Assembly: GCA_028343615.1 (NCBI GenBank) | Contig: JAOLZA010000006.1 | Span: 245-64,244, forward strand | Length of the DNA: 64,000 nucleotides | Source of the DNA: Verrucomicrobiota bacterium | GTDB taxonomy: Bacteria; Verrucomicrobiota; Verrucomicrobiia; Limisphaerales; UBA1100 | Direction of reading: 5' to 3' | In this document: positions 19,727-29,685 of the stretch, piece after piece | How the letters are laid out: every line of letters starts with the position of its first letter | How positions within the stretch are numbered: position 1 is the first letter of the stretch | Translations under genes and position numbers: made by a program | Notes under the pieces: generated by a model | The model's input: the letters and a program-made list of their open reading frames with translations, nothing else | The model's database searches: none | What the model was told of the DNA's origin: nothing

Positions 19727-20485
19727 ATGGCAGCTATCGGACGGTTTCAAAAAGGAGATGACATCTTTTACGCCAAGGTTGTTGACGGTAAACTTTACAA
19801 ACTGAAGGGCGATGTTTTCGGTTCGCCTTCCTTCGTTAAGCGCGGCATCACGCCCACGCGTAGTATCAGAACACTTACGCCTGTTCAGCCGAGCAAGGTA
19901 ATTGCAGTGGGGCTCAATTACGCAGATCACGCACGCGAGTCCAACCTTAACCCCCCAACACAGCCACTCTTCTGGCTGAAGGCTCCCACTTCGTTGATCC
20001 CCGATGGCGGTAAAATTGATTTACCTTTTTCTAGCCACCGCAATGATTACGAGGCGGAATTGGCCATCGTGATTGGTCGTCGTGTGCGCAACGTTACCGC
20101 GCAAGCCGCCGGTCGCTACATTTTTGGCTACACATCGGCGCAGGATATTAGCGATCGCGACATTCAACAAAGCGAAAGCCAATGGGCGCGCGCCAAGAGC
20201 TTTGATACATTCACCCCTTTGGGTCCGTATATCGAAACCAAGGCGGACCCGAATAACCTGACCATTCAACTGTTTAGGAACGGTGAGCTTTGCCAAAATT
20301 CACACACCGGACAAATGATTTTTGACTGTTTTCACTTGGTGAGCTTCATTTCCACGAACATGACGCTTCTCCCCGGAGACATCATCCTCACCGGGACACC
20401 GAGCGGTGTGGGGCCGATCGAAAGTGGTGATCGACTGGAAGTGCGTATCGGTGATATGGCTTCTCTTTGTAATACTGTAAAGTAG
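19727..20485 (+). CDS. Fumarylacetoacetate hydrolase family protein
   Basis: VGLNYADH, DYEAELAIVIG, AKSFDTFTPLGP, GDIILTGTPSGVG. Confidence 0.93.
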   Translation: MAAIGRFQKGDDIFYAKVVDGKLYKLKGDVFGSPSFVKRGITPTRSIRTLTPVQPSKVIAVGLNYADHARESNLNPPTQPLFWLKAPTSLIPDGGKIDLPFSSHRNDYEAELAIVIGRRVRNVTAQAAGRYIFGYTSAQDISDRDIQQSESQWARAKSFDTFTPLGPYIETKADPNNLTIQLFRNGELCQNSHTGQMIFDCFHLVSFISTNMTLLPGDIILTGTPSGVGPIESGDRLEVRIGDMASLCNTVK

Positions 20486-20492
20486 GGCAAGG

Positions 20493-20521
20493 TTGCCGTC
20501 GCGCCCGCTCTCCGCTATTAC
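20493..20521 (+). promoter_or_regulatory. Putative promoter for proS (possibly leaderless)
   Basis: TTGCCG, 17 nt, TATTAC, then 6 nt to ATG at 20528; no Shine-Dalgarno. Confidence 0.45.
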
Positions 20522-20527
20522 TGCCGC

Positions 20528-22234
20528 ATGCGCTGGACCGAAACGTTCATTCCCACATTGAAGGAAGCCCCTGCTGAGGCGGAGATTCATTCTCATCAAC
20601 TTTTATTACGCGCCGGTTTGGTGCGTAAATTAGCCGGTGGGCTATACACGTTTCTCCCATCGGGCATTCGGGTTCTGCGAAAGATCGAAGCCATCGTCCG
20701 CGAGGAAATGGATAGCGCGGGCGCGCTGGAAGTATTGATGCCAGCCGTGCAGCCGCCGGAAATCTGGAAGGCAAGCGGCCGATACGAGCAAGCGGCGGAC
20801 GTTCTCTTTAAAGTGCGCGATAGCAAAAACCGCGAATGGCTGCTTGGCCCCACGCACGAGGAGGTCATCACCACGCTGGCATCGACGGAGCTGCATTCTT
20901 ATCGGCAGGCACCCGTGAGTTTTTACCAGATTCAAACCAAGTTTCGGGATGAAATTCGCCCGCGTTTTGGGCTGATGCGCGCGCGGGAGTTCATTATGAA
21001 AGACGCGTACAGCTTTGATGTTTCCGATGAAGCGGCAATGACTAGTTATCAAAAAATCTACGACGCGTACGTGCAAGTTTTCAAGCGATGCGGCGTGACG
21101 ACGTTTCCGGTCGAGGCGGACACCGGTGTGATGGGCGGTAAGCATTCGCACGAATTCATGGTGCCCGCGCCTACAGGCGAGAGCGAAGTAGCGTATACGG
21201 AAGACGGCTCGTATGCCGCTAATCTTGAGAAGGCAAACAGTCAAGGTGCGACCACCACCACCTCGAGTGAGTGTACAGGGGGTTTGGAGAAGTTTGCCAC
21301 ACCGAATGTGAAGACTATCGAGAATCTTACGCAAGCGCCGTATAACATCGCCGCAGAGGCCCAGATTAAAACGCTCGTATTCATAGCTGAAGAAAAACCG
21401 GTCATCGCGTTGGTGCGCGGCGACGACCAGATTAATGAATCTAAACTTTGTGGTGCGCTCGGCACAGCAATTTTCCGAGCGGCGGAAGCAGGGGAAATTC
21501 ACGCCGCGCTCGGTGCGCATCCCGGCAGTCTTGGAGCGGTGGGCGTGAAGGGCATTCCGGTGTTCATCGATGAACAACTACGCAATGCTGCTGGCATGTC
21601 GACGGGCGCGAATGAGAATGGTTTTCACATCCGCAATGTGAATGTTGCCCGCGATTTGCCGGGTGTGCAATGGGCGGATCTCCGCACCGTGCGCGAAGGC
21701 GAGTTGAGCGAAAGCGGTCAACCGTTGAAGATTCAGCGCGCCATCGAGGTGGGGCACGTCTTCAAGCTCGGCACTAAATACGCCGAGGCGCTCGACGCTA
21801 ATTTTCTCGCGGAAGACGGTAAACAACATCCTTTCGTGATGGGCTGTTACGGGCTTGGCGTTACGCGGACGTTTCAGGCGATTATCGAATGCGGCAACGA
21901 CGAGCACGGCGTAATTTGGCCGCAAGCGGTTGCGCCGTGGCAGGTTTGCCTCACCGTGCTCGACATCGCGCCCGGGGGTGAAGTGATGAAAGCCGCTCAA
22001 GCGATTTACGACGAACTGACTTCTGCGGGTATCGAAGTGCTGATGGATGACCGTGACGTGCGTCCGGGCGTGAAATTCAAAGACTCCGAGCTCATCGGCA
22101 TTCCTGTGCGAGTGAGCGTGGGCGCGCGCTCGCTAAAAGAGGGCAACGTGGAATTCACGTTGCGTGCTGAGGGTGGCCGCGAAAATGTCCCCTTGACCGA
22201 GGCGGTTTCCCGCGTGCAGTCAGAGTTGGCCTGA
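20528..22234 (+). CDS. proS: Proline--tRNA ligase (with editing insertion)
   Basis: PTHEE, KFRDEIRPRFGLMRAREF, IEVGHVFKLGTKY, MGCYG. Confidence 0.97.
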   Translation: MRWTETFIPTLKEAPAEAEIHSHQLLLRAGLVRKLAGGLYTFLPSGIRVLRKIEAIVREEMDSAGALEVLMPAVQPPEIWKASGRYEQAADVLFKVRDSKNREWLLGPTHEEVITTLASTELHSYRQAPVSFYQIQTKFRDEIRPRFGLMRAREFIMKDAYSFDVSDEAAMTSYQKIYDAYVQVFKRCGVTTFPVEADTGVMGGKHSHEFMVPAPTGESEVAYTEDGSYAANLEKANSQGATTTTSSECTGGLEKFATPNVKTIENLTQAPYNIAAEAQIKTLVFIAEEKPVIALVRGDDQINESKLCGALGTAIFRAAEAGEIHAALGAHPGSLGAVGVKGIPVFIDEQLRNAAGMSTGANENGFHIRNVNVARDLPGVQWADLRTVREGELSESGQPLKIQRAIEVGHVFKLGTKYAEALDANFLAEDGKQHPFVMGCYGLGVTRTFQAIIECGNDEHGVIWPQAVAPWQVCLTVLDIAPGGEVMKAAQAIYDELTSAGIEVLMDDRDVRPGVKFKDSELIGIPVRVSVGARSLKEGNVEFTLRAEGGRENVPLTEAVSRVQSELA

Positions 22235-23361
22235 TGTTTGCGCTGCGCAATACCGACGGCGATGCACGGCGTGGTACACTTACCACCACGCATGGCGAAG
22301 TCCAAACGCCAATGTTTATGCCCGTGGGCACTCGCGCCACAGTGAAGACGTTGGACACGCGTGACCTTAACGAGCTTGAAGCGCAAATCATTCTCGGAAA
22401 CACTTATCACCTCAACCTTCGCCCCGGACCGGAAACAATTCACGCCGCGGGCGGCTTGCACACCTTTATGGGTTGGAATAAACCAATCCTCACCGACAGC
22501 GGCGGGTTTCAGGTTTTCAGTTTGGCGAAGATGGCGAAGATTAAAGATGACGGCGTGGCCTTCCAATCGCACATCGACGGCTCGCCATTATTTCTTGGGC
22601 CCAAGAAGGCGATGTCCATTCAGCGTGACTTGGGCAGCGACATCGCGATGGTGTTTGATGATTGTCCGCCGTATCCCGCCGAGCGTGAACGTGTGGTGTC
22701 CGCCGTGGAGCGTACCGCGCGTTGGGCCGCCGAATGCCGCGAACAACCGCGCGCGGATGGGCAATTGATTTTTGGGATTGTGCAGGGCGGATGCCACGCG
22801 GATTTGCGTGAGCGCAGCGCGGCCGACATCATCGCCCTGGATTTTGACGGTCACGCCATAGGCGGCCTTAGTGTGGGCGAGCCGGAACCGGAGATGCTTG
22901 CGATGGCGGCACACACCGCGCCGCTGCTGCCAGCCGGCAAGCCGCGCTATGCGATGGGCCTAGGCACTCCCGCGCAATTGGTGGAGCTAGTGGCTCGCGG
23001 GGTGGATATTTTTGATTGTGTACTGCCCACGCGATTGGCTCGGAATGGCACGGCGTTTACCTATGATGGCGCGTTTGCCCTCAAAGGCGCGGCGTACAAG
23101 GAAGACTTTGGGCCCATTGAGTCTGGCTGCGATTGCTTCACTTGCACCCATCACACACGCGCATATGTGCGGCATTTACTCAACGTGGATGAGATTTCAG
23201 GGCTGCGGCTGCTGACTTTACACAATTTGCGGCTGTATTTGCGTTTGATGAGCGAAGTGCGTAAACACATTGAAGCGGGCACATTTGGCGAGTTTCGGGC
23301 TGAATTCGCCTCTCGTTATACACCCACCACTCGCGTGGAGGCACAGCGAAAAAATGCGTAA
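22234..23361 (+). CDS. tgt: tRNA-guanine transglycosylase
   Basis: FMPVGT, TDSGGFQVFSL, DCVLPTR, CDCFTC zinc site. Confidence 0.97.
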   Translation: MFALRNTDGDARRGTLTTTHGEVQTPMFMPVGTRATVKTLDTRDLNELEAQIILGNTYHLNLRPGPETIHAAGGLHTFMGWNKPILTDSGGFQVFSLAKMAKIKDDGVAFQSHIDGSPLFLGPKKAMSIQRDLGSDIAMVFDDCPPYPAERERVVSAVERTARWAAECREQPRADGQLIFGIVQGGCHADLRERSAADIIALDFDGHAIGGLSVGEPEPEMLAMAAHTAPLLPAGKPRYAMGLGTPAQLVELVARGVDIFDCVLPTRLARNGTAFTYDGAFALKGAAYKEDFGPIESGCDCFTCTHHTRAYVRHLLNVDEISGLRLLTLHNLRLYLRLMSEVRKHIEAGTFGEFRAEFASRYTPTTRVEAQRKNA

Positions 23362-23424
23362 TTTCACCGTAAAAGCTTGCCATTGGGAGCTTTACCCATA
23401 GTCTTTGCCGTCTCATTTTTGACT

Positions 23425-23769
23425 ATGGAAAATCTAATCAGTGACGCGTGGTTCGCGATGGGCGGAGGCGGTGGAGGTGGTCAGCCTGCTTCAGGCAAAG
23501 ACGCCCTTATTCAAATGCTCTGCATGTTCGGCCCTTTGTTCGCCATTATGTACGTGCTTATTTTGCGGCCGCAAAGCCAGCAACGCAAGAAGCTCGAAGC
23601 GATTGTGGGAGCACTTAAGCCGGGCGACAAAGTCATCGCCGCCGGTATCATCGGCACGGTAGTAACGGTGAAAGAGAGGAGCGTGACTCTTCGCTCAGGT
23701 GATTCAAAGATTGAGGTTAGCAAGTCCGCTGTAGAGGCCACAGTGGGTGAGGACGCCGACAAGGACTAA
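23425..23769 (+). CDS. yajC: Preprotein translocase subunit YajC
   Basis: MYVLILRPQ, LKPGDKVI..GIIG; lies between tgt and secDF. Confidence 0.92.
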   Translation: MENLISDAWFAMGGGGGGGQPASGKDALIQMLCMFGPLFAIMYVLILRPQSQQRKKLEAIVGALKPGDKVIAAGIIGTVVTVKERSVTLRSGDSKIEVSKSAVEATVGEDADKD

Positions 23770-23773
23770 TTTC

Positions 23774-26506
23774 ATGGAGCGAAAACAAATCCAAAAACGC
23801 CCGATGCTTTTGCGCTGGGTCATTGTGCTGGCAGTCAGCGTTGGCTTTGGGTGGCAATGGTTGCCACCTGAGGGTCGCCCAATGGTAGATGTCTTTGCGG
23901 AAGAAGCGATTGATAAGAATGACGGCAAGTTCGACTTGATCTTGGAAAATATTAAGACTGCTGAAGCCGCAAGCCCTGCAGGGGATTTGACGCTAGAAAA
24001 ATGGGAGCAAGCGATCGGTTCGGCTAATCTCACCAACTATTTCCCGCTGATTGGAGATTTTAAAACGGATAAAGCCGCGCGTGAGAAAATGGGCCTTAAT
24101 GGAGCTCTGGAATTGGAAATTGCTGATGGTGTTCCTGTTTCGGAAAAAAATAACTTGGCGGAAACATCGCGAAAGGCGGTCAACCGTTTTATCCTCGGGA
24201 AGCTTCAATCAATGGCCGCTGGTAAGGTGAAGCTGGGGCTGGATCTTCGGGGCGGCACTCAATTTACCGTGCGCATTGTCAGTGCCGGAAAACAGGCGGA
24301 TTCCGCCAAGCGTAAAGACCGGCTCGAGCAGGCGATGGCGACCATCCGTAAACGAATCGATAAATTCGGCGTATCCGAGCCCATCATTCAAAGTTCTTCG
24401 AACGATAACGAAGATCATATCATTATTCAAATCCCAGGTCTCTCGAAGGCCGATCGTGATCGCGCTCGTGAGACCATCCAGAAAATAGCCAAACTGGAAT
24501 TCCGGCTTGAACACGCACGTAGCCGCGCGGCACTCAATAGTCGTGAGGATTTTATTCCGGGCGCGGATTTTCTCAACTACACGTTGAAGGACGATGACGG
24601 GCAGAAATACACGCGCAGCCTGTTCGTGGTTACGATGGAAGATCATCCGGAAAAATGCGTTTCTGGAAAACACATCGTGAGTGCCAGCCCAATCCGCGAC
24701 CCGATCAGCGGTATGGCGAAGATCAGCTTCAAACTCGATGCCGCAGGCGCGGATAAATTCGGGAATATCACGGAGGAGCATCAGGTCAGTGGTGATGATC
24801 CACGTGCGCTGTGTATTGTGCTGGATGGTAAATTAATCTCCGCCCCTTCAATCAACAGTCGCATCCATTCGCGCGGTGAGATTAGTGGCGATTTTACCTA
24901 CGACGAAGCCCGTGAGCTGGCCAACTCACTGGAGAACCCGCTGGAAACACCGGTGGAAATAATTGAAGAGCGCGAAGTGGACCCCTCACTCGGAAAGGAA
25001 TCAGTGCTCAAAGGGTTTACCGCCGCAAAGTATGGGCTCATCGCCGTTGCGGTGTTTATGCTGGTTTATTATTTATTGTGTGGCGTTGTTGCTAACATTG
25101 CACTTGCGCTGAATATTCTCATCCTCATGGGTGTGCTTTCTTGGTTTGACGCCACGCTCACACTGCCGGGCATTGCCGGCGTGGTGCTTACTATCGGTAT
25201 GGCGGTGGATGCCAATGTGTTGATCTTCGAGCGCATTCGAGAGGAATTGCGTACCGGAAAATCCTTAAAAGGCGCCATTGGGTCCGGCTATGAAAAGGCG
25301 TTTGGCACAATTTTTGATGCCAACATAACCACATTGATCGCCTCAGTGATATTGATTTATATGGGCAAAGGTCCAGTGCAGGGATTTGGCGTTACTCTCA
25401 CTATTGGTATCCTCACCAGCATGTTCACCGCACTGGTGGCCACGCGGTTGGTTTTGGATTTATTACTGAATATGGGATGGATCGGGTCGGAAAACTCGAA
25501 GCGCGCGATGCACCTGAGGCCCACGACTGACTTGCCGACTATTAATTTTGTGAAATACAAAGTCGGAAGGACGCGTGCAAAAAATGCTTTCTCGAGCCCT
25601 GCAATTTGGGTCACCTGGGTACTTATTCTGTGCTCAACAATTTTTGTGTTCAACCGCGGTTGGGATAAAACAATGGGTGTCGATTTCGCGGGTGGCCAGA
25701 GCCTGATGATGAGTTTTGATAATGACAAAGTTTCAGACGAGACAGAGAAACTTCAGGAAAAACTTTCCGCGAAATTATCATTGGGCGATGAAGGCTTACA
25801 GGCGGAACTGCAATCGGACCAAGCCTCAGGTGAGCAAGTGCTCCGCCTAAGTTACAAAAGCGGGGATGCAACGGCGCTCATCAACGGGCTGAACGAAATT
25901 TATTCCGAAGCAAATTTCGCCCTTCTTTCCAAAGACCTCGTAGGACCAAGCGTGAGCGGAGAAATTCAAAAATCTGCACTCGTGGCCACGGTGCTGGCGT
26001 TGTTCGGCATTCTTATTTATGTGGCGTTCCGTTATGAGTACTCTTTTGCGGTTGGCGCCGTCATTGCAGTTTTACATGATGTGCTGTTGACCGGTGGCCT
26101 GTTTTTCCTGAGTGGTCGCGAGCTGAATGCTCCGATCGTGGCGGCGATTCTCACCATAATTGGTTTCTCTATAAACGACACCATCGTGATCTTTGACCGC
26201 ATTCGAGAGAATCTACGACTTGGCACGCGCGGCTCCTTTTCCGATGTGATGAATGCAGCGCTGAACCAAACTCTCAGCCGTACCATTATCACATCGGGCA
26301 CCACATTGCTTTCGACTGCCACGCTATATTATTTTGGGGGGATGGTAATTAATGATTTCGCCTTCATGTTCCTAGTGGGCATCATTACCGGAACCTATTC
26401 CTCCATCTACATCGCCTGCGCCGTCGTATTATGGTGGCATGAAGGCAAGCGCCCCGAGCTGGCGGCTCCGATTCAGGATGCCGATCCGGTAACGATTCAG
26501 GCCTGA
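23774..26506 (+). CDS. secDF: Fused protein translocase subunit SecDF
   Basis: LGLDLRGG, GMAVDANVLIFERIREE, GVDFAGG, GFSINDTIVIFDRIRE. Confidence 0.96.
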   Translation: MERKQIQKRPMLLRWVIVLAVSVGFGWQWLPPEGRPMVDVFAEEAIDKNDGKFDLILENIKTAEAASPAGDLTLEKWEQAIGSANLTNYFPLIGDFKTDKAAREKMGLNGALELEIADGVPVSEKNNLAETSRKAVNRFILGKLQSMAAGKVKLGLDLRGGTQFTVRIVSAGKQADSAKRKDRLEQAMATIRKRIDKFGVSEPIIQSSSNDNEDHIIIQIPGLSKADRDRARETIQKIAKLEFRLEHARSRAALNSREDFIPGADFLNYTLKDDDGQKYTRSLFVVTMEDHPEKCVSGKHIVSASPIRDPISGMAKISFKLDAAGADKFGNITEEHQVSGDDPRALCIVLDGKLISAPSINSRIHSRGEISGDFTYDEARELANSLENPLETPVEIIEEREVDPSLGKESVLKGFTAAKYGLIAVAVFMLVYYLLCGVVANIALALNILILMGVLSWFDATLTLPGIAGVVLTIGMAVDANVLIFERIREELRTGKSLKGAIGSGYEKAFGTIFDANITTLIASVILIYMGKGPVQGFGVTLTIGILTSMFTALVATRLVLDLLLNMGWIGSENSKRAMHLRPTTDLPTINFVKYKVGRTRAKNAFSSPAIWVTWVLILCSTIFVFNRGWDKTMGVDFAGGQSLMMSFDNDKVSDETEKLQEKLSAKLSLGDEGLQAELQSDQASGEQVLRLSYKSGDATALINGLNEIYSEANFALLSKDLVGPSVSGEIQKSALVATVLALFGILIYVAFRYEYSFAVGAVIAVLHDVLLTGGLFFLSGRELNAPIVAAILTIIGFSINDTIVIFDRIRENLRLGTRGSFSDVMNAALNQTLSRTIITSGTTLLSTATLYYFGGMVINDFAFMFLVGIITGTYSSIYIACAVVLWWHEGKRPELAAPIQDADPVTIQA

Positions 26507-26507
26507 C

Positions 26508-27668
26508 ATGATTGCTGTCAATATCGCCCCTTGGAACTATGGGGTGTTTGTGGTTGGGATGCTGCTGATCCTCTCGCTCGATCTCGGGCTGTTTAACCGC
26601 AAAGCACATAAAGTTGGGTTCAAGGAGGCACTTGGTTGGAGTACATTATGGTTCACTCTGGCCATGGTGTTCGCCTTTGCTGCCATACCGGAAGTGTACG
26701 ATAACGAGTCGAGTGAGCGCTTCCTTGAACTAGATGCAAACCGTAATGGAAAGTTGGAGCAAGAGGAGTGCCTCATTAAACATGATGATGCCAGTTTTGA
26801 AAACCCCGACCCGCTTCGCTTTAACGAAACAATATTCAATCAGTTTAATACTGACGGGAACGGGGTTCTCAATAAAGGGGAATATTCCCTTGTGCTTCAA
26901 CACATCAGCAAGCTGGCGTTCATTACGGGCTACATACTTGAGTTAGCGCTTTCGATGGACAACGTGTTTGTGATCCTGCTTATTTTTTCTTATTTTAAAG
27001 TAAAGCCAATATACCAGCACCGCGTTTTATTCTGGGGCATCATGGGGGCGCTAATCATGAGGGGCTTAATGATTGGCGTAGGTGCGGTTGCGGTGGCCGA
27101 ATTTCATTGGATCCTTTATGTGTTCGGCGCGTTCCTTCTGTTCACAGGCATCAAGATGCTCTTTTACGATGATGAGGACGGGGTGGAGCCCGACAAGAAT
27201 CCATTGGTCAAATTAGCGCGCAAACTCTTCCCGGTACACGATCAATTTGAGGGAGAGCGTTTTATTGTAATAATTGATGGTAAACGAATGCTCACGCCAA
27301 TGGCCATTGTGCTGGTGACGATTGAATACACCGACGTGATCTTCGCGGTGGACTCTATTCCTGCGATTTTTGCTGTAACCACCGATCCATACATTGTGTT
27401 TACCTCCAACATGTTTGCCATTCTTGGATTGCGCTCACTGTACTTTGTTTTGGCGGGCATGATCGAGGTGTTCCATTATCTCAAATACGGTCTGGCGCTC
27501 GTGCTGGCTTTTATTGGCCTAAAGATGCTGGCTGAACCATGGCTCAGGGATTTTGACATACCTGCCTGGGGAGCATTAGTAGTAGTTGTTGGAATTCTGC
27601 TGTTCTCCATCCTCGCCTCTTTGTTGCATAAAAAAAATGACTCGGAAGATTCCGGTGATGCGAAGTAA
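26508..27668 (+). CDS. TerC/Alx family metal transporter with inserted EF-hand pair
   Basis: LSMDNVFV, QHRVLFWG, DVIFAVDSIPA, SNMFAILGLRSLYF; EF loops DANRNGKLEQEE and NTDGNGVLNKGE. Confidence 0.93.
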   Translation: MIAVNIAPWNYGVFVVGMLLILSLDLGLFNRKAHKVGFKEALGWSTLWFTLAMVFAFAAIPEVYDNESSERFLELDANRNGKLEQEECLIKHDDASFENPDPLRFNETIFNQFNTDGNGVLNKGEYSLVLQHISKLAFITGYILELALSMDNVFVILLIFSYFKVKPIYQHRVLFWGIMGALIMRGLMIGVGAVAVAEFHWILYVFGAFLLFTGIKMLFYDDEDGVEPDKNPLVKLARKLFPVHDQFEGERFIVIIDGKRMLTPMAIVLVTIEYTDVIFAVDSIPAIFAVTTDPYIVFTSNMFAILGLRSLYFVLAGMIEVFHYLKYGLALVLAFIGLKMLAEPWLRDFDIPAWGALVVVVGILLFSILASLLHKKNDSEDSGDAK

Positions 27669-27680
27669 CTTGTCCGCGCT

Positions 27681-27950
27681 ATGGGGAAACTGGCGCGCAT
27701 CAAATGGCTGATTGTCGGTGGGGCTTTTGTCCTGCTTGGGATAGTGGGGCTGTTCCTGCCCATCCTTCAGGGCATTTTGTTCATTGTGATTGGCATTATG
27801 TGTTTATCCAAAGGATCGGCCACAGTTCGTGCCCAAAAGATGGGTTTTAAAAAGCGTTTCCCGCGCATTGGGTCCAAGCTTGCCTTTCTTGAAAACAAGG
27901 CCCGCAATTGGCGCGAAAAGAGACGCGCTAAAAAAGAAGCGAAAAAATGA
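27681..27950 (+). CDS. Small membrane protein (PGPGW/DUF454-like)
   Basis: Two hydrophobic helices (GIVGLFLPILQGILF) and basic tail; ATGA overlap with recJ. Confidence 0.75.
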   Translation: MGKLARIKWLIVGGAFVLLGIVGLFLPILQGILFIVIGIMCLSKGSATVRAQKMGFKKRFPRIGSKLAFLENKARNWREKRRAKKEAKK

Positions 27951-29677
27951 AGCATCACTGGCGTATCGCTGAAAACGAGCCCGCTTCTGCCGCGAGCTTA
28001 GCTCGGGCTCTGGGCGTTTCAAATCTGCTCGCCCAATGCTTGATGAATCGCGGACTAACAAACGAGGCGGAAACACGAAGATTTCTTGAGCCGCGTTTGG
28101 CCAATCTATCCGCCCCGGAAGCCATTCCTAATTTACCGGTCGCCGTGGAACGACTGTTTATGGCGCGCGAACGTAACGAACGTATTACAGTTTTTGGCGA
28201 TTACGATGTTGATGGTGTAACTTCTTCTGCGTTACTGGTTGATTGTATGCGCACATTGGGTTGGCAGATGGAAGCATATTTGCCGCATCGAATGGTCGAA
28301 GGTTACGGGCTTACTGTGGAAGGAGTGGTAAACTGCCTCGAGAAACACGAGACTGATTTGTTGCTAGCGGTAGATTGTGGGTCCACCTCGGTGGATGAAA
28401 TTGATCTTCTAGAAAAGAAGGGTGTTCCGGTAATAGTGCTCGACCATCATCAGGTTTCTGATCCCGCGCCACCTGCGCATGCAATTGTGAACCCGCAACT
28501 TGCGAATGAAGACGAATCAGATTTCCGCGAGCTGTGTTCAGCCGGGCTGGCGTTCAAACTCATCCACGGTCTCGTGAAAATGGGCCGCGAAAAGGGACTT
28601 GACGAATTCGTCGAATTTGATGTCCGCACCATGTTGGATCTCGTTGCGCTCGGTACGCTTGCCGACATGGTTCCGTTGCAACGCGAGAACCGCATTCTTG
28701 CCCACGCCGGATTACGCCAGCTCAATCGCACCAAACGGCCCGGCATTCTAGCATTGGCCAAAGCCGCGGGAATCACCGGTTGGATTGGCGCATTTGAGGT
28801 GGGATTCCAAATTGGTCCGCGCCTCAATGCTGCGGGACGTTTGGAGAGTGCGACAATGGCAATGGATTTACTGCGCGAAGCCGATGCAGCAGTCGCAACC
28901 GAACTAGCAGAGAATCTCGACCGCATAAACCGTGAACGTCAACTTGCGGAAAAAGAAATAACGAGGCAAGTGATTGACACAGTTCGCAACCGGTTCGACC
29001 CCGAAACCGATTATGTCATCGTGGAAGGTGAAGCTGGATGGCACATCGGGGTGGTCGGTATCGTCGCGTCGCGCGTGATGCGGGAGTTTTATCGCCCTGC
29101 GGTTATCGTGGGAGGTAGTCCTGACGGCGTTCTACGTGGGTCCGGCCGAAGTGTGGATGGGCTTGATCTTGCTGCCGCGTTGTGCAAATGCGAACGCGAA
29201 GGTCATCTGGAGCGGGCCGGAGGTCACGCGATGGCCGCGGGTGTGAGTTTACAGCCAAAAAATCTTGATGCCTTTCGTGTCCGCCTTAATGAATTAGCAC
29301 GTGAACAGCTTTCAGGGAAGGAACTTATGCCTACGCTACGCCTCGACGCGAGCGTCCCGTTAAGCGTCTTGACTCTTGCCGTGGTCGATTCTTTGGAGCA
29401 ATTGCAGCCCACCGGTCAGGGCAACCACTCAACTCAGTTTGTAGTCCCTCAACTTGAGTTGGATGCTCCAGTGCGGCGAATGGGCAAGGAGAAGCAACAC
29501 GCTAAGCTAAGTGTTACCGACGGCAACACTACCGCCGAAGCGATTTGTTGGAACGCGACCGGGCGCGATCTCCCGGAGGGCCGATTTGATCTTGCTGTGG
29601 AGCCTTCCGTTAATACGTGGCGTGGCGCGCGCTCGTTGCAGTTGAAGATTCTCGACTGGCGACCATCCGCTGGGTAA
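27947..29677 (+). CDS. recJ: Single-stranded-DNA-specific exonuclease RecJ
   Basis: GDYDVDG, VDCG, LDHH, PRLNAAGRL, GGHAMAAG. Confidence 0.96.
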   Translation: MKHHWRIAENEPASAASLARALGVSNLLAQCLMNRGLTNEAETRRFLEPRLANLSAPEAIPNLPVAVERLFMARERNERITVFGDYDVDGVTSSALLVDCMRTLGWQMEAYLPHRMVEGYGLTVEGVVNCLEKHETDLLLAVDCGSTSVDEIDLLEKKGVPVIVLDHHQVSDPAPPAHAIVNPQLANEDESDFRELCSAGLAFKLIHGLVKMGREKGLDEFVEFDVRTMLDLVALGTLADMVPLQRENRILAHAGLRQLNRTKRPGILALAKAAGITGWIGAFEVGFQIGPRLNAAGRLESATMAMDLLREADAAVATELAENLDRINRERQLAEKEITRQVIDTVRNRFDPETDYVIVEGEAGWHIGVVGIVASRVMREFYRPAVIVGGSPDGVLRGSGRSVDGLDLAAALCKCEREGHLERAGGHAMAAGVSLQPKNLDAFRVRLNELAREQLSGKELMPTLRLDASVPLSVLTLAVVDSLEQLQPTGQGNHSTQFVVPQLELDAPVRRMGKEKQHAKLSVTDGNTTAEAICWNATGRDLPEGRFDLAVEPSVNTWRGARSLQLKILDWRPSAG

Positions 29678-29685
29678 GTTTCCAT

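Noticed and set aside
20642-21577. Long antisense ORFs (311 aa here; also 45363-46160, 62221-63225 and others)
   Set aside because: Shadow frames opposite well-conserved genes (proS, trxB, amidohydrolase) without motifs
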